64,000 nucleotides of DNA from Eledone cirrhosa (Eukaryota). Positions 33,706-50,399 of the stretch are shown piece after piece. The stretch spans positions 35,216,001 through 35,280,000 of the forward strand of contig OZ024742.1 in the NCBI GenBank assembly GCA_964016885.1, written 5' to 3'. Position 1 is the stretch's first letter; each line of letters begins with the position of its first letter. The position numbers were made by a program, and so were the translations under genes. Under the pieces are notes generated by a model that saw nothing but the letters and a program-made list of their open reading frames with translations, ran no database searches and was not told where the DNA came from.

Positions 33706-36469
33706 TTGTTCAAGGTATATATAATGAAAACAATTGAAGTTGAACCAAGGATCTCATGATTGCAAAGTAAACTATTTAACCACTCAACTAGGCCTGTGCA
33801 TCAGTTCCAGTTGCCTACTTTTGTTAATACCACCACAATCAACAATACCTTCACCTTTCCCCTATAATATCATCACTTCTCCTCCACCACCACATGTAAT
33901 TGTCTGTCATAACAGCTGCTTATTATGCATCATCTGCAGTTATTTCCCTCCATTGCCACCATAACCACCATCCCCACCACTGCCACATTCACATCTCTGT
34001 TGTTTGTCATAACCTCTAATTACCACACATCCACCCACCCAGTAACTTCCCCTAATTGCCACTCTTCTCCCCTTCTCTTATCAAGAGACAGATAGAGAAG
34101 TAGTGTATGTACTATTGCCGCAGGCTATTACACTGGTAAAAAATGGAAATTCGTTATTTTTTTTAATGAAACTCTGTTTAACTCCCATTAACTTCTAACA
34201 ACAACTATATCAATGATTTGTGTGTGGGCAGCTAATTTGATGGGTATGTGTATCTATCTCTGTGTGTCCGTGTGTGTATGTGTATATCTGTCTATGCCAT
34301 GTCAAAGTCAAGAAAATCTTGCTAATGCACCCAGAATAATCTGTAAAGTGGTTGGAATTTGGAAGGGCATCCAATTATAGAATCTATGCCAAAAGGGTAG
34401 AGGGGGTTTCTTCAGTTGTGTCAAGGAATTGACAACCTCTCTAGTGCTGGTGGTACGATAAAATGTACCCAATACACTCTGTAAAATGGTTGGTAAATGA
34501 ATGGAAACAGCATATTGTACTGGACTCCTTAGTCTTGCTGAGAACATGACAACCTCTCTAGTATTGGTACCATGACAAAATGCACCCAATACACTCTGTA
34601 AAAAGGGTTGATACATTTTATTATAGCACCAACACTAGAGAGGATTTCCTATTGTCCCAAATAAATTATTATTATAGATAATTTTACACCTGCCCCAGTG
34701 GTGGTCCTACATGTTTGGGGCCTAACGCTTGAAATATTGGGTAGAGGGGCTTCACAGCTAGTAACTATAAAGGCAACAGTTGCTTCTGGGGTTCCTCCAG
34801 GGCTTGAATCCCTGAAGCCTGAACTATTATAGCGATCCCCTTTGCAACCAGTGACACAAAAGGCCAATAGTTGCTTCTGGAACCTCTCTGGTGTTAGAGG
34901 CCCAGAAGGTTGTTATGGAGGCTCTTCACAATCAGTGACACGAAAGAGCAACAGTTGCTTGTGATGCCTTTCTGAAGTTTGTGTCCCTGAAGGTTGAACT
35001 TCCTTTGTTTTACGGTAAATCCATCACTGCCTCAAACAACACAAAATACTTTTAACACTTTTGATACGGAACCTCATGAAACCTCCCTGATTCTATAATA
35101 CAAAACTGTTTATAGCTATCTAAAAACTCTCCTTCATAATTTTATGTATAAACTTTATGTTCCAAATACCGGTTTGATAATGAGAAAGTTATCTAAACTA
35201 TAATATAGGAAGGTCTGCGGGACTGCGTACGTTTTTTTTTTATCCCGTTTGTAAAATTAGTTGGATTACTTTGAATGAATAATCAATGAATATTACATAA
35301 TTTATCTCCTAAATTTTGTAAACAAAAATAATTTCGTAAAAATAAATAATGCGTATGTATGTGTATGTCCGTCGGGGCATACGTATATACTGGCCTAAAT
35401 CTTCACTATTTACTTTTACTATTTTAATAACCTCTGTCATTTTCGTTTTCAATTTTATTTACATCATTCTTAAACTCCGGGGCTGGAAATCATTGTTATT
35501 TTAAATAGAATATTAGTCTAACGACTCCATTTATACCATAAACTTGGTCTTGTCTTTGCATGAAATTGTTCTTCATGCTCCACATAACGACGTATTATCC
35601 TCGCTTTTTTCCCATTCATTGCCAAGGAACGTCTTCACGAACCAAAATATCATCTTCCTGTTTTCGTTTGGTTGCAACATTTTTCGAAATAATTACTTCT
35701 GCGTTCACAGATTACTCTCAGTTCAATTTAAATGGGAAATTCCTGTTTCATCGATTTTCTCCGTAACCTTAGAAGATTGTAGCTTGAAAGTCGACCCAAC
35801 GACTCCTCGGGTCATTCTGCATAACTGTGTAAATTTTCGCTGCATTCCACCAAGCCGTTTCGACGTTTATCCGACTACACCTACATATACAACGTCTGAC
35901 TACTTCCAATTTATATAGTAGATTTGTTTATATATGAATGACAAAAAGAAAAGTTCAAAACTATACATGAATTGTTTCTGCTAAACCTTCAATTTAAGAC
36001 ACAACCCACATATTTGATAGGACTCCAGCTCACTTCTTCTTTTGCTCCCCCTGGAACATTGGGCTGCGAGCCACCCCACACAACGCCATGTTCTGAGTCT
36101 GCTTTTCAACTCCACCGTGATGCACGGTGTGTCATGGTGTATCTAACCATTTTTTTAGGTCTTACTACAGCTGATTTCTTCCAGAGAGAAAGAAAGAGAT
36201 GGAAAAATGCAAAGAAGATTCATCCCCGGAGGAATAATAAAAAATGTTTACACTGCACATTTCATTTTTTCAAAGCTAAAGCTGCCGATCCAAAATCAGT
36301 AATTCAACTCCCTAAAAACTTTCAAATATATGCTGTTCTAGCATGAATATTATGCTAAGGATAAGCTGTCCACAAAGTAAGATTTACTTGCATATCCCCG
36401 CTCATATAAACACATAAATACATGCATACATACATTACAGTTGATTTTTGTTTTTATTAAAGCGTTTTC

Positions 36470-36521
<52 letters not shown>

Positions 36522-37139
36522 CAAAACATAAGACAATTGCATGAACTCATAATCCTTTATTTACTGTAAGACAAAAGTATTAGAACAGGGGGAAATAACT
36601 CACCGAACGCGATAGTTTTGGGGCCCCAGGGACCACATTTTTCAAGTTAGAGATTTGATTCCTTGGCACTTTTTACATAGGTGTGTAAATTTTCATGTCA
36701 GTCCGACCACGTCTACTACCATTTAGCCGTGCACATCTGAATTTCAACCACCGCCCATTTCATAAATATATATTAGATATCGTCTTTTTTTAATGTACCA
36801 TGGATCACGTTACTGATTACATAAGACAGTGTAACGCAGTCTTCTTTCAATTTCTGTGTATATTGATCATATCTACATGTATATACACTTGCGTATAATA
36901 TCAATATACACACTATACATGCTAGCAGAAAACCACACGAAGGGTGGTTTTTCTGCTAGTATTACTAAATCCCTTCAAATTCTTGATTTTTTTTTTTATC
37001 CAAATGATCTAAAAATCATAGGTAGTGTCTTTCATTAGAAAGGGTGAAAAGATTTTACACTCACTCACACATAAAAATGTGTCAGGTTCACACAGACTCA
37101 CATGAAATAGTTTCAATATATTTTATACACACACATGAC

Positions 37140-37810
37140 AGTAGAGGGTTGGACGCCATGCTTTGCAGCATAGAGTTACAGCCTCTTGTGGTCTAAGTTC
37201 AAATCCCGTCGAGGTTAACTTTGCCTTTCATCCTTACAGGGTCGATAAAATAAAGCACCAGTAATGCACTGGGGTAATTGCTGGTCTTGTGCCAAAAGTA
37301 CAAAACAATATATTTTATACACACACTCATGCACACACACACACACATAAATATATATAGTCTATTTGCTAAAATTAGAAAATATCGTTTATTAACATTT
37401 TTTGCACTTTTATAATTGTCATCATCATCATCAATAGTAATAATTGCCATTCTGAGTTCAAATCCTGCCTTTCATCCTTACGGGGTCGATAAAATAAAGC
37501 ACCAGTAATACACTGGGGTTGATTTAATCGACTTTCCCCTCCCCACCAAATTACTGGCCTTGTGCCTATAGTAGAAACCATTATTAATGGGCAGTAGATT
37601 GGCAGTATCAGTAAAGCATTGGATAACATGCTTCGTGGCATAGAGTTTCGTCTCTTTACATTCTGAATTCAAATCCTGCTGAGGTTAGCTTTGCCTTTTA
37701 TCCTTATGGGGTCGATAAAATAGAGCACCAGTAACGTACTGGGGTCGATTTCATTGACTTTTCTCTCCCTCTAAAATTACTGGCCTTGTGCCTATATAAG
37801 AAACCATTAT
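37140..37810 (+). mobile_element. cluster of SINE family 2 copies (Nin/Deu-like core)
   Basis: GAGTTCAAATCC B box followed by GCCTTTCATCCTTACGGGGTCGATAAAATAAAGCACCAG; three tandem copies; fragment also at 6801-6900. Confidence 0.8.
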
Positions 37811-39425
37811 TATTATTATTGTGCCTATAGTAGACATCATTATTATTATTATTGTGCCTATAGTAGACATCATTATTATTATTGTGCCTATATAAGAAAC
37901 CATTATTATTATTATTGTGCCTATAGTAGACATCATTATTATTATTATTGTGCCTATAGTAGACATCATTATTATTATTATTGTGCCTATAGTAGACATC
38001 ATTATTATTATTGTTGTGCCTATAGTAGACATCATTATTATTATTGTGCCTATAGTAGACATTATTATTATTATTATTATTGTGCCTATAGTAGACATCA
38101 TTATTATTATTATTGTGCCTATAGTAGACATTATTATTATTATTGTGCCTATAGTAGACATCATTATTATTATTATTATTGTGACTATAGTAGACATCAT
38201 TATTATTATTATTGTGCCTATAGTAGACATCATTATTATTGTTGTGCCTATAGTAGACATTATTATTATTGTGCCTATAGTAGACATTATTATTATTATT
38301 ATTGTGCCTATAGTAGACATCATTATTATTATTATTGTGACTATAGTAGATATTATTATTATTATTGTGCCTATAGTAGACATCATTATTATTATTATTG
38401 TGACTATAGTGGACATCATTATTATTATTAATGTGCCTATAGTAGACATCATTATTATTATTGTGCCTATAGTAGACATCATTATTATTATTATTATTGT
38501 GCCTATAGTAGACATCATTATTATTATTGTTGTGCCTATAGTAGACATCATTATTATTATTATTATTGTGACTATAGTAGACATCATTATTATTATTATT
38601 GTGCCTATAGTAGACATCATTATTATTGTTGTGCCTATAGTAGACATTATTATTATTGTGCCTATAGTAGACATTATTATTATTATTATTATTGTGCCTA
38701 TAGTAGACATCATTATTATTATTATTGTGACTATAGTAGATATTATTATTATTATTGTGCCTATAGTAGACATCATTATTATTATTATTGTGACTATAGT
38801 GGACATCATTATTATTATTAATGTGCCTATAGTAGACATCATTATTATTATTGTGCCTATAGTAGACATCATTATTATTATTATTGTTGTGCCTATAGTA
38901 GACATCATTATTATTATTGTGCCTATAGTAGACATTATTATTATTATTGTGCCTATAGTAGACATTATTATTATTATTGTGCCTATAGTAGACATCATTA
39001 TTATTATTATTGTGACTAAAGTAGACATCATTATTATTATTATTGTGCCTATAGTAGACATCATTATTATTATTGTTGTGCCTATAGTAGACATCATTAT
39101 TATTATTGTGACTATAGTAGACAATATTATTATTATTGTGCCTATAGTAGACATCATTATTATTATTATTGTGCCTATAGTAGACATCATTATTATTATT
39201 ATTGTGCCTATAGTAGACATCATTATTATTATTATTGTGACTATAGTAGACATCATTATTATTATTATTGTGCCTATAGTAGACATCATTATTATTATTA
39301 TTGTGACTATAGTAGACAATATTATTATTATTGTGCCTATAGTAGACATCATTATTATTATTATTGTGCCTATAGTAGACATCATTATTATTATTGTGCC
39401 TATAGTAGACATCATTATTATTATT
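37787..39425. repeat. minisatellite GTGCCTATAGTAGACATC(ATT)n, about 50 units
   Basis: Direct reading; unit equals the SINE family 2 3' end. Confidence 0.96.
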
Positions 39426-40629
39426 GATGCTCACTGCACTTTACCAGTTGAACAACACTTCTCTTGTAAAGAAGGTTAGTAGAAGGTATGGGCAACAATG
39501 GCCTGGGAGCAGCTCTTGGCATTGGCAAGGACTATCTGAACAGGCTTTTCTGGAGGACTTTCAGGTCAAGGATTATGGACAATTTCCAAAAATCTATGGT
39601 ACAGCAGTGCTTTAGAAGGGCACTATCAGTTTGAGACAAGCTTCACAATCACAGAAATGCCAACAGCTGAACCTGTCTATGATGTATGCAGGGCAATGAA
39701 ACTGTCCTGTGTGCTATAGCTCAGTAATTGCAGCCATGTTGGCTTGTGTCAAACAACTGTTATAATATGTAGGACAGATCTAACTCTCAGCCAGATCTAT
39801 AGTTAAGATTGAACTGCCACTTTCTACCGTAGAAGGGAGGCACTCTGAAAGAAACTGTATGGCAGACTTGTTTAACCTGTTGACTGCCGCATTTATTTTA
39901 CACCGCTACATTTGCTGAGCCGAATTTCTTTTCAGTAAAATGACTATTGAGGAATTGGTCCTAATTGATATTTTCACAGTAAAAGCTTTACCTTACATAA
40001 TTATCTCACATAATATCGAATCTATGAGATTTTGATATTTAGTTTGAGAACAATACCTTAACATCGGTATGAGTGGCCAGTTACAACTAGTTTCAACAGA
40101 AAGAGATGAGAGAATTCTGGCCAGATACGGCCAGTTTAAATGCTAAAGGGTTAAAGTTCAATTTCCTATTGGGGAACTGGTCCTAGTTGATATTCGTTAT
40201 AGTTTTGATACAATTACTGTTATTGTTTTATCTACTGTTTTCATTTCCCTCTACTCGATGTAAATCCCACTTTATGTTGTTTTTATTCTCGTATTATTCC
40301 CAGTGTCTTGGGTCCTTGTGGCCAATAAAACAAATCATTATAATTATTATTATTTTCAGCTATTTTGTCTATCATTTCTTTCATCTAGACATGTACATAC
40401 ATGCACGCACACACACATACATATATATATTTGTATATTTCTTTTGTAAGAAAAGGAATCCCAAAGTTTTGTTATAAACTTATTGGCTGTTTATTGTGAA
40501 ATAAAACTGTTACTGTGGCAACCACTCTCTTATTTCGTCCCTTCTGGAAATGGAGAAATGTTACTGATACCTACAATAGTGTTGGTGGTGGTGGTGGTGG
40601 TGATGTTGTTAGTGGTAATGTTCTTGTTA

Positions 40630-40925
40630 TTGGTGACTGTGGCGGTAGTGTTGATGTTGGCGGTGGTTGTGACGGTAGTGTTGATGTTGGCGGTGGTTGT
40701 GGCGGTAGTGTTGATGTTGGCGGTGGTTGTGACGGTAGTGTTGATGTTGGCGGTGGTTGTGACGGTAGTGTTGATGTTGGCGGTGGTTGTGGCGGTAGTG
40801 TTGATGTTGGCAGTGGTTGTGGCGGTAGTGTTGATGTTGGCGGTGGTTGTGACGGTAGTGTTGATGTTGGCGGTGGTTGTGACGGTAGTGTTGATGTTGG
40901 CAGTGGTTGTGACGGTAGTGTTGTT
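40630..40925. repeat. 30-bp tandem repeat
   Basis: GGTAGTGTTGATGTTGGCGGTGGTTGTGRC about 10x. Confidence 0.92.
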
Positions 40926-41902
40926 GTGAGTGGTGGTTGTAGTAGTGGTAGGGTTGTTGCTGGTGGCAGTGGTGGTGTTGGTGTCGGTGGTTTTGGTTGT
41001 GACATAGTAAGAATTGGAGGAGGTTATTCTCAGAACAGAGACTTGATGACATCCCATTCCTCCCCTACCAAATATGCTTACTTAAAACAAGGTTTAAAAA
41101 TAAACAAACAAACGAGAGGTGGTATCAATAAGGGTATCTGGCTGTAGAATTCTTGCTTCAAAAAGTCTTGTCCAGCCCTTGTAACCATGGAAATAACGGA
41201 GATAAAATTGAGGATGATGAGCTCCAAAGCAAGCAGTATGCCTCTCCAGCCTGGCCAAAGACAAAGAGCATCCTAGTGCTAGTGCCATGATAAAAAGCAG
41301 CTAGCCCACTGTGTAAAATGGAAGTAGTGCTGGTGTTACAAGGGAAAGCATCAAGTCTACTCCGTAAGGTAGGAGTGCCTGGTACCACCCCAAAATAGTG
41401 CCCAGTTTACCCTGTAAGGTAGTAGTGATGTAAAATAGCTACTATAAAGTAGTTGACGATAGAAGGGGCATCCAATGTATGTATATATATATATATGTGT
41501 GTGGCTTAGTAGGATGTTCAGCACACAATCATGTGGCCATAAATTTGATTCCCGGTAGGGTGTATCCCAGAGAAAGACACTTTATTTCACTTTACTGCAG
41601 TCCACTCAGCCGACAAAAATGAGTTGTATCTGTAATTCAAAGGGCTAGATTTGTCACCCGCTGTGTGACAAGGAATTTCCCTGAGAACTACATTAAGGAT
41701 TCATGTGTCTGATGGAATGCTCAACCACTTGTATGTTAATTTCTCGAGCAGGCTTTTGCTGTTGATCAAACAACTGGAACACTTGTCATTGGTCCTGAAA
41801 GAAGAGCAACATGTGTGTTTGTGTGTGTACAATAGGTGTCAAATAGATTGTTTGTCTCCACATTTCAATTGTATTTACAACAAACTACAATAGCAAACAA
41901 GA

Positions 41903-43425
<1,523 letters not shown>

Positions 43426-43559
43426 GTATTTAAAATCTGTAACTCCAACAAGCAGTAGTTAATGGGGGGGGGGGGGTTCACACATTGATCCAATCCACCA
43501 AGCTGTTCCAAGCTATTAATTTACACCCTGTATATGTGCATACAATCTCTGCACCATGA

Positions 43560-45790
43560 CCACAGCCATGAACAACATCGCCACCTTTAGCATTATCACC
43601 ATAAACATCATCACCAACACCATCATCACCCTTACCACATCACCCCCTCCTATTTCATCACCATCATCAACCCCCATCATCCCCCACTCTCATCGTCTCC
43701 CCCCTCATCATCTCCCCTTACCACTTCACCCCATTTTATCACCACCATCACCATCACCACCAATCCTATCATCAACCCCCATCAATCCCATCATCAAACT
43801 CACTACTTCACCCACCACCATCTCATCATCATCACCACCACCTCACCACTATCACCATCACCTTACCACCATTGCCATCAACATCATCATCAACCCCATC
43901 GGCCCCCCTTACCTCCTCACCACTATCACAATCACCACCATCACCACATCACCACTATCACCATCACCACATCACCATCACCACCATCACCACCTCACCA
44001 TCACCACCATCACCACCTCACCACTATCACCATCACCACCATCACCATCACCACCATCACCATCACCACCATCACCACATCACCACTATCACCATCACCA
44101 CCTCACCATCACCACCATCACCACTATCACCATCACCACCTCACCATCACCACTATCACCATCACCACCTCACCATCACCACCTCACCACTATCACCATC
44201 ACCACCTCACCACTATCACCATCACCACCTCACCACTATCACCATCACCACCTCACCACTATCACCATCACCACCTCACCACTATCACCATCACCACATC
44301 ACCACTATCACCATCACCACATCACCACCATCACCATCACCACTATCACCATCACCACCTCACCACTATCACCTCACCACTATCACCATCACCACCTCAC
44401 CATCACCACCTCACCACTATCACCATCACCACCTCACCGCTATCACCATCACCACCTCACCACTATCACCATCACCACCATCACCATCACCACTATCACC
44501 ATCACCACCATCACCATCACCACCTCACCATCACCACCTCACCACTATCACCATCACCACCTCACCACTATCACCATCACCACCTCACCACTATCACCAT
44601 CACCACCTCACCACTATCACCATCACCACCTCACCACTATCACCATCACCACTATCACCATCACCACCTCACCATCACCACCTCACCACTATCACCATCA
44701 CCACCTCACCGCTATCACCATCACCACCTCACCACTATCACCATCACCACCTCACCACTATCACCATCACCACCTCACCACTATCACCATCACCACCTCA
44801 CCACTATCACCATCACCACTATCACCATCACCACCTCACCATCACCACCTCACCACTATCACCATCACCACCTCACCGCTATCACCATCACCACCTCACC
44901 ACTATCACCATCACCACCTCACCACTATCACCTCACCACTATCACCATCACCACTATCACCATCACCACCTCACCGCTATCACCATCACCACCTCACCAC
45001 TATCACCATCACCATCACCACCATCACCATCACCACCTCACCATCACCACCTCACCACTATCACCATCACCACCTCACCACTATCACCATCACCACTATC
45101 ACCATCACCACCATCACCATCTCACCACTATCACCATCACCACCATCACCATCACCACCATCACCATCACCACCATCACCACCATCACCACCATCACCAT
45201 CACCATCACCACCTCACCACTATCACCATCACCACCTCACCATCACCACCATCACCACCTCACCATCACCACCTCACCACTATCACCATCACCACTATCA
45301 CCATCACCACCTCACCATCACCACCTCACCATCACCACCTCACCACTATCACCACTATCACCATCACCACCTCACCACCATCACCATCACCATCACCACC
45401 ATCACCATCACCACCATCACCATCACCACCATCACCACCATCACCACCATCACCATCACCATCACCACCTCACCACTATCACCATCACCACCTCACCATC
45501 ACCACCATCACCACTATCACCATCACCACTATCACCATCACCACCATCACCACCATCACCACCATCACCATCACCACCTCACCACTATCACCATCACCAC
45601 CTCACCACACCACCTCACCATCACCACCTCACCATCACCACCATCACCACCACCACCTCACCACCTCACCATCACCACCTCACCATCACCACCATCACCA
45701 CCACCACCTCACCATCACCACCTCACCATCACCACCTCACCATCACCACCATCACCACCACCACCACACCCAACCAACATCTCACTACCA
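43560..45790. repeat. compound (CAC/CAT/CTC) triplet satellite
   Basis: CACCATCACCACCTCACCACTAT-type units over 2.2 kb. Confidence 0.97.
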
Positions 45791-45973
45791 CTGCCACTAC
45801 TAATCCCAGATCACTAATCACTTGTGGATTATTCTAATTTATGCTAAAGTGTAGTTGTTGATGGATGAGTATGTGGATCTTTGTGTGTGAATGTGCTTTT
45901 ATATGCTTGTGTATGTGTAAAGTACTTTGTGTCATCATCATCATCGTTTAACGTCCGTGTTCCACGCTTGCAT

Positions 45974-46016
<43 letters not shown>

Positions 46017-46327
46017 TTATATCCATTCTATTCAATTTGCTTCGTCTCCTAATTATATATATATATATATACACATTCATATATTCATACACACACATAA
46101 AAAGCTCCCAGTTCACACTGTAAATGTGGTTGGTGTTAGGAAGGGCATCCAACCATAGAAAACCTGCCAGATAGTCCTATACGACCAATCTTACCTCAAA
46201 TGGGACAATTCCCGTCTAACCCATGCTAGCGTGGAAGATAGATGTTAAACGATGATGATATATTTTAGTTCGGATCTAGCTATCGAAACAGGCGGAGCTC
46301 AGCCGTCGGGCTCCTGCTGACTATTTT

Positions 46328-46379
<52 letters not shown>

Positions 46380-47689
46380 AGGTTGTGTGTAATAAACAAC
46401 TCATAAGTTTCAAAACTATCATAATACCAACACTACCACTTGAAAGAGTGTACTGGATGTATTTTATTGTTGCACCATCACTTGTGAGGTTATCACATAC
46501 TCGGCCAGACTGAAGAATCTGTTCTACCCTATGTCGTCTCTGCTTAATTACCAACCACAGTATACTGGGTGTTTGTTCTCATGGTACTAACATTCTCTGT
46601 GTGTGCCATTATAACAACAGTAATTGTACTAATAGCCAGGTCTTATGCTGTCCAGCAAATCACAAGTCAACTTGATTCTATGTCATCTCCTTTGTGAGGT
46701 TCATTTTCTTGTGATTATATTTCATAACTTCATTGAAAGACTTCCTTGTATGATAGTGTCAGTGACTGAGTATCCAGCTAGAATTATCTCCCCTCTTTCT
46801 GTTTAAACTAGCTGTAACTGGCCACTCATACTGACGTTGAGTTATTGTTCTCAAAATGCATAACATCAAAATCTCATAGATTCGATATTACGAGATAATT
46901 ATGTGAGATAAAGCCTATGCCATGAAAATACAATAGTATACATAGAATAATCATCATCATCATCATCATCATCATCACAGTTTTACGTCCATTTTCCACA
47001 CTAGCATGGGGTAGTCGAGTTGTCCTGTTGTGGGCAATGCTAGGCCAGGTGACCATGTCTTGTTCATACAGAACTGATTTCGGCTTGGTTTCTACAGCTG
47101 GATGCCTTTCCTAAAGCCAACCTCATTTACAGTGAGTACTTGGTGCTTTTTGTTGTGACACCTACATAACCACTTTACAGTGTGGGGCTAGGTCCTTTTT
47201 GTTATGACACCTACATGCCCAATTTACAGTGTGGGCTGGATGCTAATGCTAAAGAGTTAATAAAATTCCTAAGCTAAATTAGCATGACACAATATGTGAC
47301 AACACTGGCTGGACCTTTGCAAGTACAGTTCATCTGACAGTCTTCCAAACATTTTTTCGTCTATTCAATTTCATTTACAATAATTGGGTCGGCCTGAAGG
47401 TTTGGTGAAGTCATTTGCAAAGATACCCTGTAGTAGGATCAGACTCGGGGCTTCATGATAGTAAAGTAAACTTCTTAACCAGTCAATAATTCCTGCATCT
47501 ACACTGAATGAATAACTGACCATTAATGTCCAAATGCCATGGCAAAGAAGCTCTGCAACTGACCATTAATGTCCAAATGCCATGGCAACTAAGCTCTGCA
47601 ACTGGCCATAAAACAATCTTACCTACTAATTATAAACAACAAACTTGCAATATGTCATAGGTTAAGGGACTTGTTACTTGGTATAGACA

Positions 47690-48560
47690 TGTGGCTTACA
47701 AGAGAGAAGGGTTGTGCTGGTATGGACATGTAGTGGGCAAGGAAGAAGACTGAGCTAGTATGGACATGGAACAGGTGATGTGTATGAAGTATGACAGTCT
47801 GTTAAAGAAGTGTCGAGTTGAACTAACATGTGGAAGAAGACCAAAGAAGTGGTGAAAGCTGATCTCAGGAAGGTGAATCTCTCAGACAAGATAATATGGG
47901 ACTGCAGCATTGGCAAGACTCTGTGCTGGGGAATATCTGTCCAACACAAGCAAGCATGGTAGGATTTGAACTTGAAATATAGAAGGCGGAAGCAACATAT
48001 TATAGAGCAGAGTTTCCTAACCTTGTGTCCATGGAACTATGTGGGACGACAACTGTAGTACTAAGGATCTGTGAGTTAAATTCAAAATTTCATCTCATCA
48101 TCCTTTTCCCATGCTCACATGGGTTAGACAAGTCCTCTACAATACAGCATCTCTCTTGTTTCTTTCCTATGTCATCTCCTTCATGAGGTGTAGAGGTCAG
48201 CTTTCACCCCCTCTTCTCATGTCTTTCTTGGTCTTCCTCTTCCACAGTTTCCTTCCACTTAGGATTCTTGGAAATTCTTCACCCAGCAACCATCATCCAT
48301 ACACATTACATGTCCATATCAGTGTAACCTTCTTTCCTATGTACTACATCTGATTCTTTTTATGCCCATTTTTCCTTTCTGTTCATTCAATGCCCATCTT
48401 TCACTACTATATAGTGTCGCACTATACAATCTACCCTTTCCTCGGTCAGGATATCCCTTTGTTGTCAACAGAGGTAATAAATAGACCTCTTAACATTTTC
48501 CATCAGATTCTTATTATAGCTACCATACTCAAAGCAACCACAACCACTTCTAATTAAGTC
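47690..48560. mobile_element. two degenerate RTE 3' fragments (47690-47960 plus; 48100-48560 minus), the second inside a possible old hAT-like MITE (48008-48764)
   Basis: TGGTATGGACATGT (WYGHV) remnants; imperfect TIRs CAGAGTTTCCTAACCTT / AAGGTTAGGAACTATTG. Confidence 0.55.
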
Positions 48561-49387
48561 ACTTAGGTAACTGAAGAACTTGTTAAAAACATAATATATT
48601 CCACGCTATTGGATTTCTATTGTTATTCTCACCATATAGTAACCTAGGATGTTGGGACTAGAGAGTAATTGTAGCATTGTGGCAGTGAATGTGAGAGGGT
48701 GGGGAAAACGTATTTAAATTAAAAAGAGAAGGGACCTTGGGAGTGAAAAGGTTAGGAACTATTGCTGTAGGGTATGTATGCTAGTCTGGTATTTTTTAGC
48801 CTTTAAGGCATTTTTTTTTACTGTCAAAATATTTTTATAAAAATGTTTTTTAAAATAAAATAAAGAAACAACACTAAAATACTACAAAACTGTGTAAACA
48901 TGAATGTAAATACTTAAAATGTTTATTTTTAATTTTTATTTTATTTTTGTGAATTTTAAATGGAAATTCCATTGAAATTAATTATCATTTCATAACAAAG
49001 TGGGGTGGTGTCGAAGATTGGTTGGGAGGTTATTGGAGAGAGGTGGAAAAGGAGTAGGAGGAGACATGAGAAAGAGAAAGATAGAGAGGGGGAGTAAAAA
49101 CCTAACTGAACAACACAAGGAATAAACACATACTTGCACACATATAGAGTAACACATACACACATGTAGGGTAACACACGCGCACACATACATACACACA
49201 TAGAGAGTAATGCACGGACACATACACACACACAGTGGTGGTTGTAGTATGATGGTTGTAATGAGGGATTTTAGTATGGGTGGTAATGGATTGTAATGTA
49301 GTCGGTGGTGGTGGTGGTTTGTAATATATATATGAAACAGTTCTAGTCCTGTAGAAGCTTTTCTATATATATATATATATATATATA

Positions 49388-49671
49388 AGTTATGTTGGTG
49401 CCGCGCCATCCAGGCCGAAACAAATGAGATCGTGTAGGTGTCACGACAAAAAAACACACAGTCCACGCTGTAATGTGGCCGTGTAGGCAACACGGTAAAA
49501 ACCTCCCAGACCCACACTGTAAATGTGGTTGGTGTTAGGAAGGGCATCCAACTGTAGAAAACCTGCCAGACAGTCCTATGCGAGCAAGAAAATCACTCTT
49601 GCCTCAAGTGGGACTACCCCCGTCCAAACCCATGCAAGCGTGGAACACGGACGTTAAACGTTGATGATGAT
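49388..49671 (+). mobile_element. RTE subfamily B 3' UTR fragment
   Basis: Matches 57611-57906. Confidence 0.88.
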
Positions 49672-49708
<37 letters not shown>

Positions 49709-49727
49709 ATATGATGATGATGATGAT

Positions 49728-49766
<39 letters not shown>

Positions 49767-49880
49767 ATATGATGATGATGATGATGATGATATGTAGGAG
49801 GTGAGTTTTATTGTAGCACAATAAAGCAATGCAAATATCGGATAAGTAGCACTCAACAGTTTATAGGACTGGACTATAAA

Positions 49881-49950
49881 TAATATAAGATCAAAAGATG
49901 GTTAAAAGAGTTCCATGTAACTCTTTTAACCATCTTTTGATCTTATATTA
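49881..49950. repeat. perfect 32-bp hairpin with 6-nt loop
   Basis: TAATATAAGATCAAAAGATGGTTAAAAGAGTT-CCATGT-AACTCTTTTAACCATCTTTTGATCTTATATTA. Confidence 0.92.
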
Positions 49951-50336
49951 TATATATATATATATATATAGTGAGAGAGAGAGACAGACAGAGACTGGGG
50001 GGGGGGGGGGGGACGACAAAGAGAGAGTATTTAACACACAACCATTTTTGCTCTCTGCTCCAACACCTTTGTCTTTTTCTTCTTGTTGTCATTGGTCTCC
50101 CCCTCCTCCTCCTAAACTAGTCTATCCAGAGGCACCAGTGGAATAGACTAAGTCTGTTGATGACAACCAATGAAACTCAACAGTTTTGTTACTATAAAAA
50201 TTTAACTTAACCTATACAAATAACTAAAAGAATAAACTCACACACATATATACACACACACAAACACACAGGCAGACACATACACACAGATATATATGTG
50301 TGCATGGCCTCAGCCGGATGGCTGAAACAGGTAAAA

Positions 50337-50399
<63 letters not shown>

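Noticed and set aside
35200-35940. CpG-richer segment as transposase or promoter
   Set aside because: No recognisable protein motif or TIR pair by eye; left unassigned
37704-39479. 500+ aa Asn-rich or Ile-rich ORFs
   Set aside because: Three frames open through a SINE-tail satellite; no splice or codon evidence
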